64,000 nt of DNA from positions 1,291,388-1,355,387 of the forward strand of contig NW_003314297.1 of the NCBI RefSeq assembly GCF_000143415.4. The letters run 5' to 3'. How positions within the stretch are numbered: position 1 is the first letter of the stretch; every line of letters starts with the position of its first letter. Both the position numbers and the translations under genes were made by a program. Source of the stretch: Selaginella moellendorffii. Taxonomy: Eukaryota > Plantae > Lycopodiophyta. The notes under the pieces are model-generated. The model had not been told where the DNA came from. It ran no database searches and worked only from the letters and a program-made list of their open reading frames with translations. This document shows, piece by piece, positions 62,442 to 64,000 of this stretch.

Positions 62442-63670
62442 ATGGCGCCACGGACGAGCGAGGTGTTCTACGCGACTGTGTATCATCCCATTCAGGCTGG
62501 CAGCATCGATGGCACGGACATTGTCCCTCACGACAATGGCATCTACCGGGCTATGATCGCCAGGACCACTGGCCTCTGTGAGTACTTTAACTTATTTTCT
62601 CTCCCGCCTCTCTTGATGCGGAAGTGTTTTTCACGCAGATGATCCTACTGGCGACGCCAAAGCTCTGGGAGATCCCTATCGTACTCTGTTTGTTGGGCGA
62701 TTGTCTCGTGACACCACCGAAGAAACTCTCCGAGAGGCGAGTCTTTTCTACACCTTGAGCATTTGTGCTTCACGAGTTATTTGATCTTCCTTTGCAGGTG
62801 ATGAGCAAATATGGGACTGTTAAAAGCATGAGACTTGTCCGCCATATTGGTGAGTTCGATCCCATGAAAGAGACGAGGTGTTTTACAAGAATGCAGTTAC
62901 CGGAGCTTCTCGGGGCTATGCCTTTGTAGAGTTTGAGAACGAAAAGGATTTCTTACATGCCTACGAGGTGGAACTTCTCGTTTTTATTTGGTTTTTTTGT
63001 TTCAGTGATTGATTCCATCTTGCTTCTTTTTCTCCTTTCTCCAGGCAGCCCACAATATCACCATTGATGGGAACCAGATCATCGTCGACTACAATCGGCA
63101 GCAGCTTATGCGTGGATGGATACCGCGCAGACTTGGTGAGTTTGAGAAAAAATATCAACAATTACATTTTCTCTCGTTCTGATATTGTCCATCCTTGCAG
63201 GAGGAGGCTTAGGAGGCAAAAAGGAATCCGGGCAACTACGATTTGGCGGTCGCGATCGTCCATTTCGTGCTCCGCTGTAAGTCACCGGGATTTGCTTCTT
63301 GCGTCAATAACCACTTCCTTTTCTATCTTGCAGACGCGAAAATATCCCTCGCGAGGAGCTGAAGAAACTGGGAATTCCAGAGCCATCGAACTATATGTCG
63401 CGGTATCAGGTACGCTAGAGCCATCTATTCTCGAAGCGCGAGTGATGGTGGTTTCTTTGTCAGGTGCCTCCTCTTCCACGTAGAAAATCAGAAGCCCGGG
63501 ACCGGCACGACAAGAGACCGCGTCACGAAGAACAAACGGAAGAAGACCGCCATAGAAAAGACGATAAAAGGAGAAGAGAGGAACACAAGAGGCACGGGAG
63601 ACACCACGAGCGAAGGCACAGGGATGAACGCTCGCATTCTCGCGAGAGAAGCTCGAGATCTCATCACTGA
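62442..63670 (+). CDS. SNRNP35: U11/U12 snRNP 35 kDa protein (minor spliceosome)
   Basis: [71 protein letters not shown]; R/E/H-rich tail. Confidence 0.95.
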
Positions 63671-63877
63671 CCTTAGCTGAAAGATCTTTCGCGCTGCCAT
63701 GATGTGAATTCACTGCTCCTTCGAGCACAGCGTAGCTAGTCTGGAATGGGAAATGCTTTTGTATGAACAGAGAAAAAAAGAGATTTTTACACAGCATTCG
63801 TACCTTCGATCCATGACTGATCTTAGACATTTTTTCTGTGAACCAAAAAGTGATCACGAGCAAAACTTACAAGGGGA

Positions 63878-64000
63878 TCATCTTCTCTGGAGCTGCCGGA
63901 ATAAGTCCGAGAGCATCACGTAGGACGCCGACTCGCTCTGGAGCTGGAAAGGCGTCCTCGCCACGTCCACGTTGCTCTGGGTCCTGCAAGCCGCAAGCAA
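63878..64000 (-). CDS. 3' end (E domain) of a PPR gene entering from beyond the window
   Basis: LLAACRTQSNVDVAR...SASYVMLSDLF...* (TGA at 63878-63880). Confidence 0.75.
   Translation of the reverse strand: MLAACRTQSNVDVARTPFQLQSESASYVMLSDLFRQLQRR

Overview
Eukaryotic plant genomic DNA, most likely the lycophyte Selaginella. This is inferred from ~50-70 nt introns, very short intergenic distances, several PLS-class PPR genes, a ciliary IFT81 gene and an intronless microbial-type terpene synthase. The host backbone, in order: PPR(-), CCR4-like deadenylase(+), AFC/LAMMER kinase(-), BAT1-like permease(-), PPR(-), MIF-like(+), WRINKLED-type AP2(+), IFT81(-), plastid GUF1/LepA(-), two-domain adenylate/UMP-CMP kinase(+), MTPSL(+), U11/U12-35K(+), PPR(-). 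Two 8-13 kb islands interrupt this backbone. Each is flanked by a ~3 kb direct duplication of host genes (CCR4-AFC; IFT81-GUF1). Both islands hold decayed members of one intron-containing, integrase-type (IS3/IS481-like DDE) DNA transposon family with TATGGC...GCCATA termini. The larger element also carries a HECT-like E3 ligase gene and an RNase H1 hybrid-binding-domain gene, recognisable only after joining exons and undoing stops and frameshifts by hand. The second island also carries tandem PD-(D/E)xK nuclease + kinase (Crinkler-like architecture) genes. One Ty3/gypsy LTR family sits at the junction of both internal tandem duplications. All assignments are from manual reading and motif recall; no database search was run.
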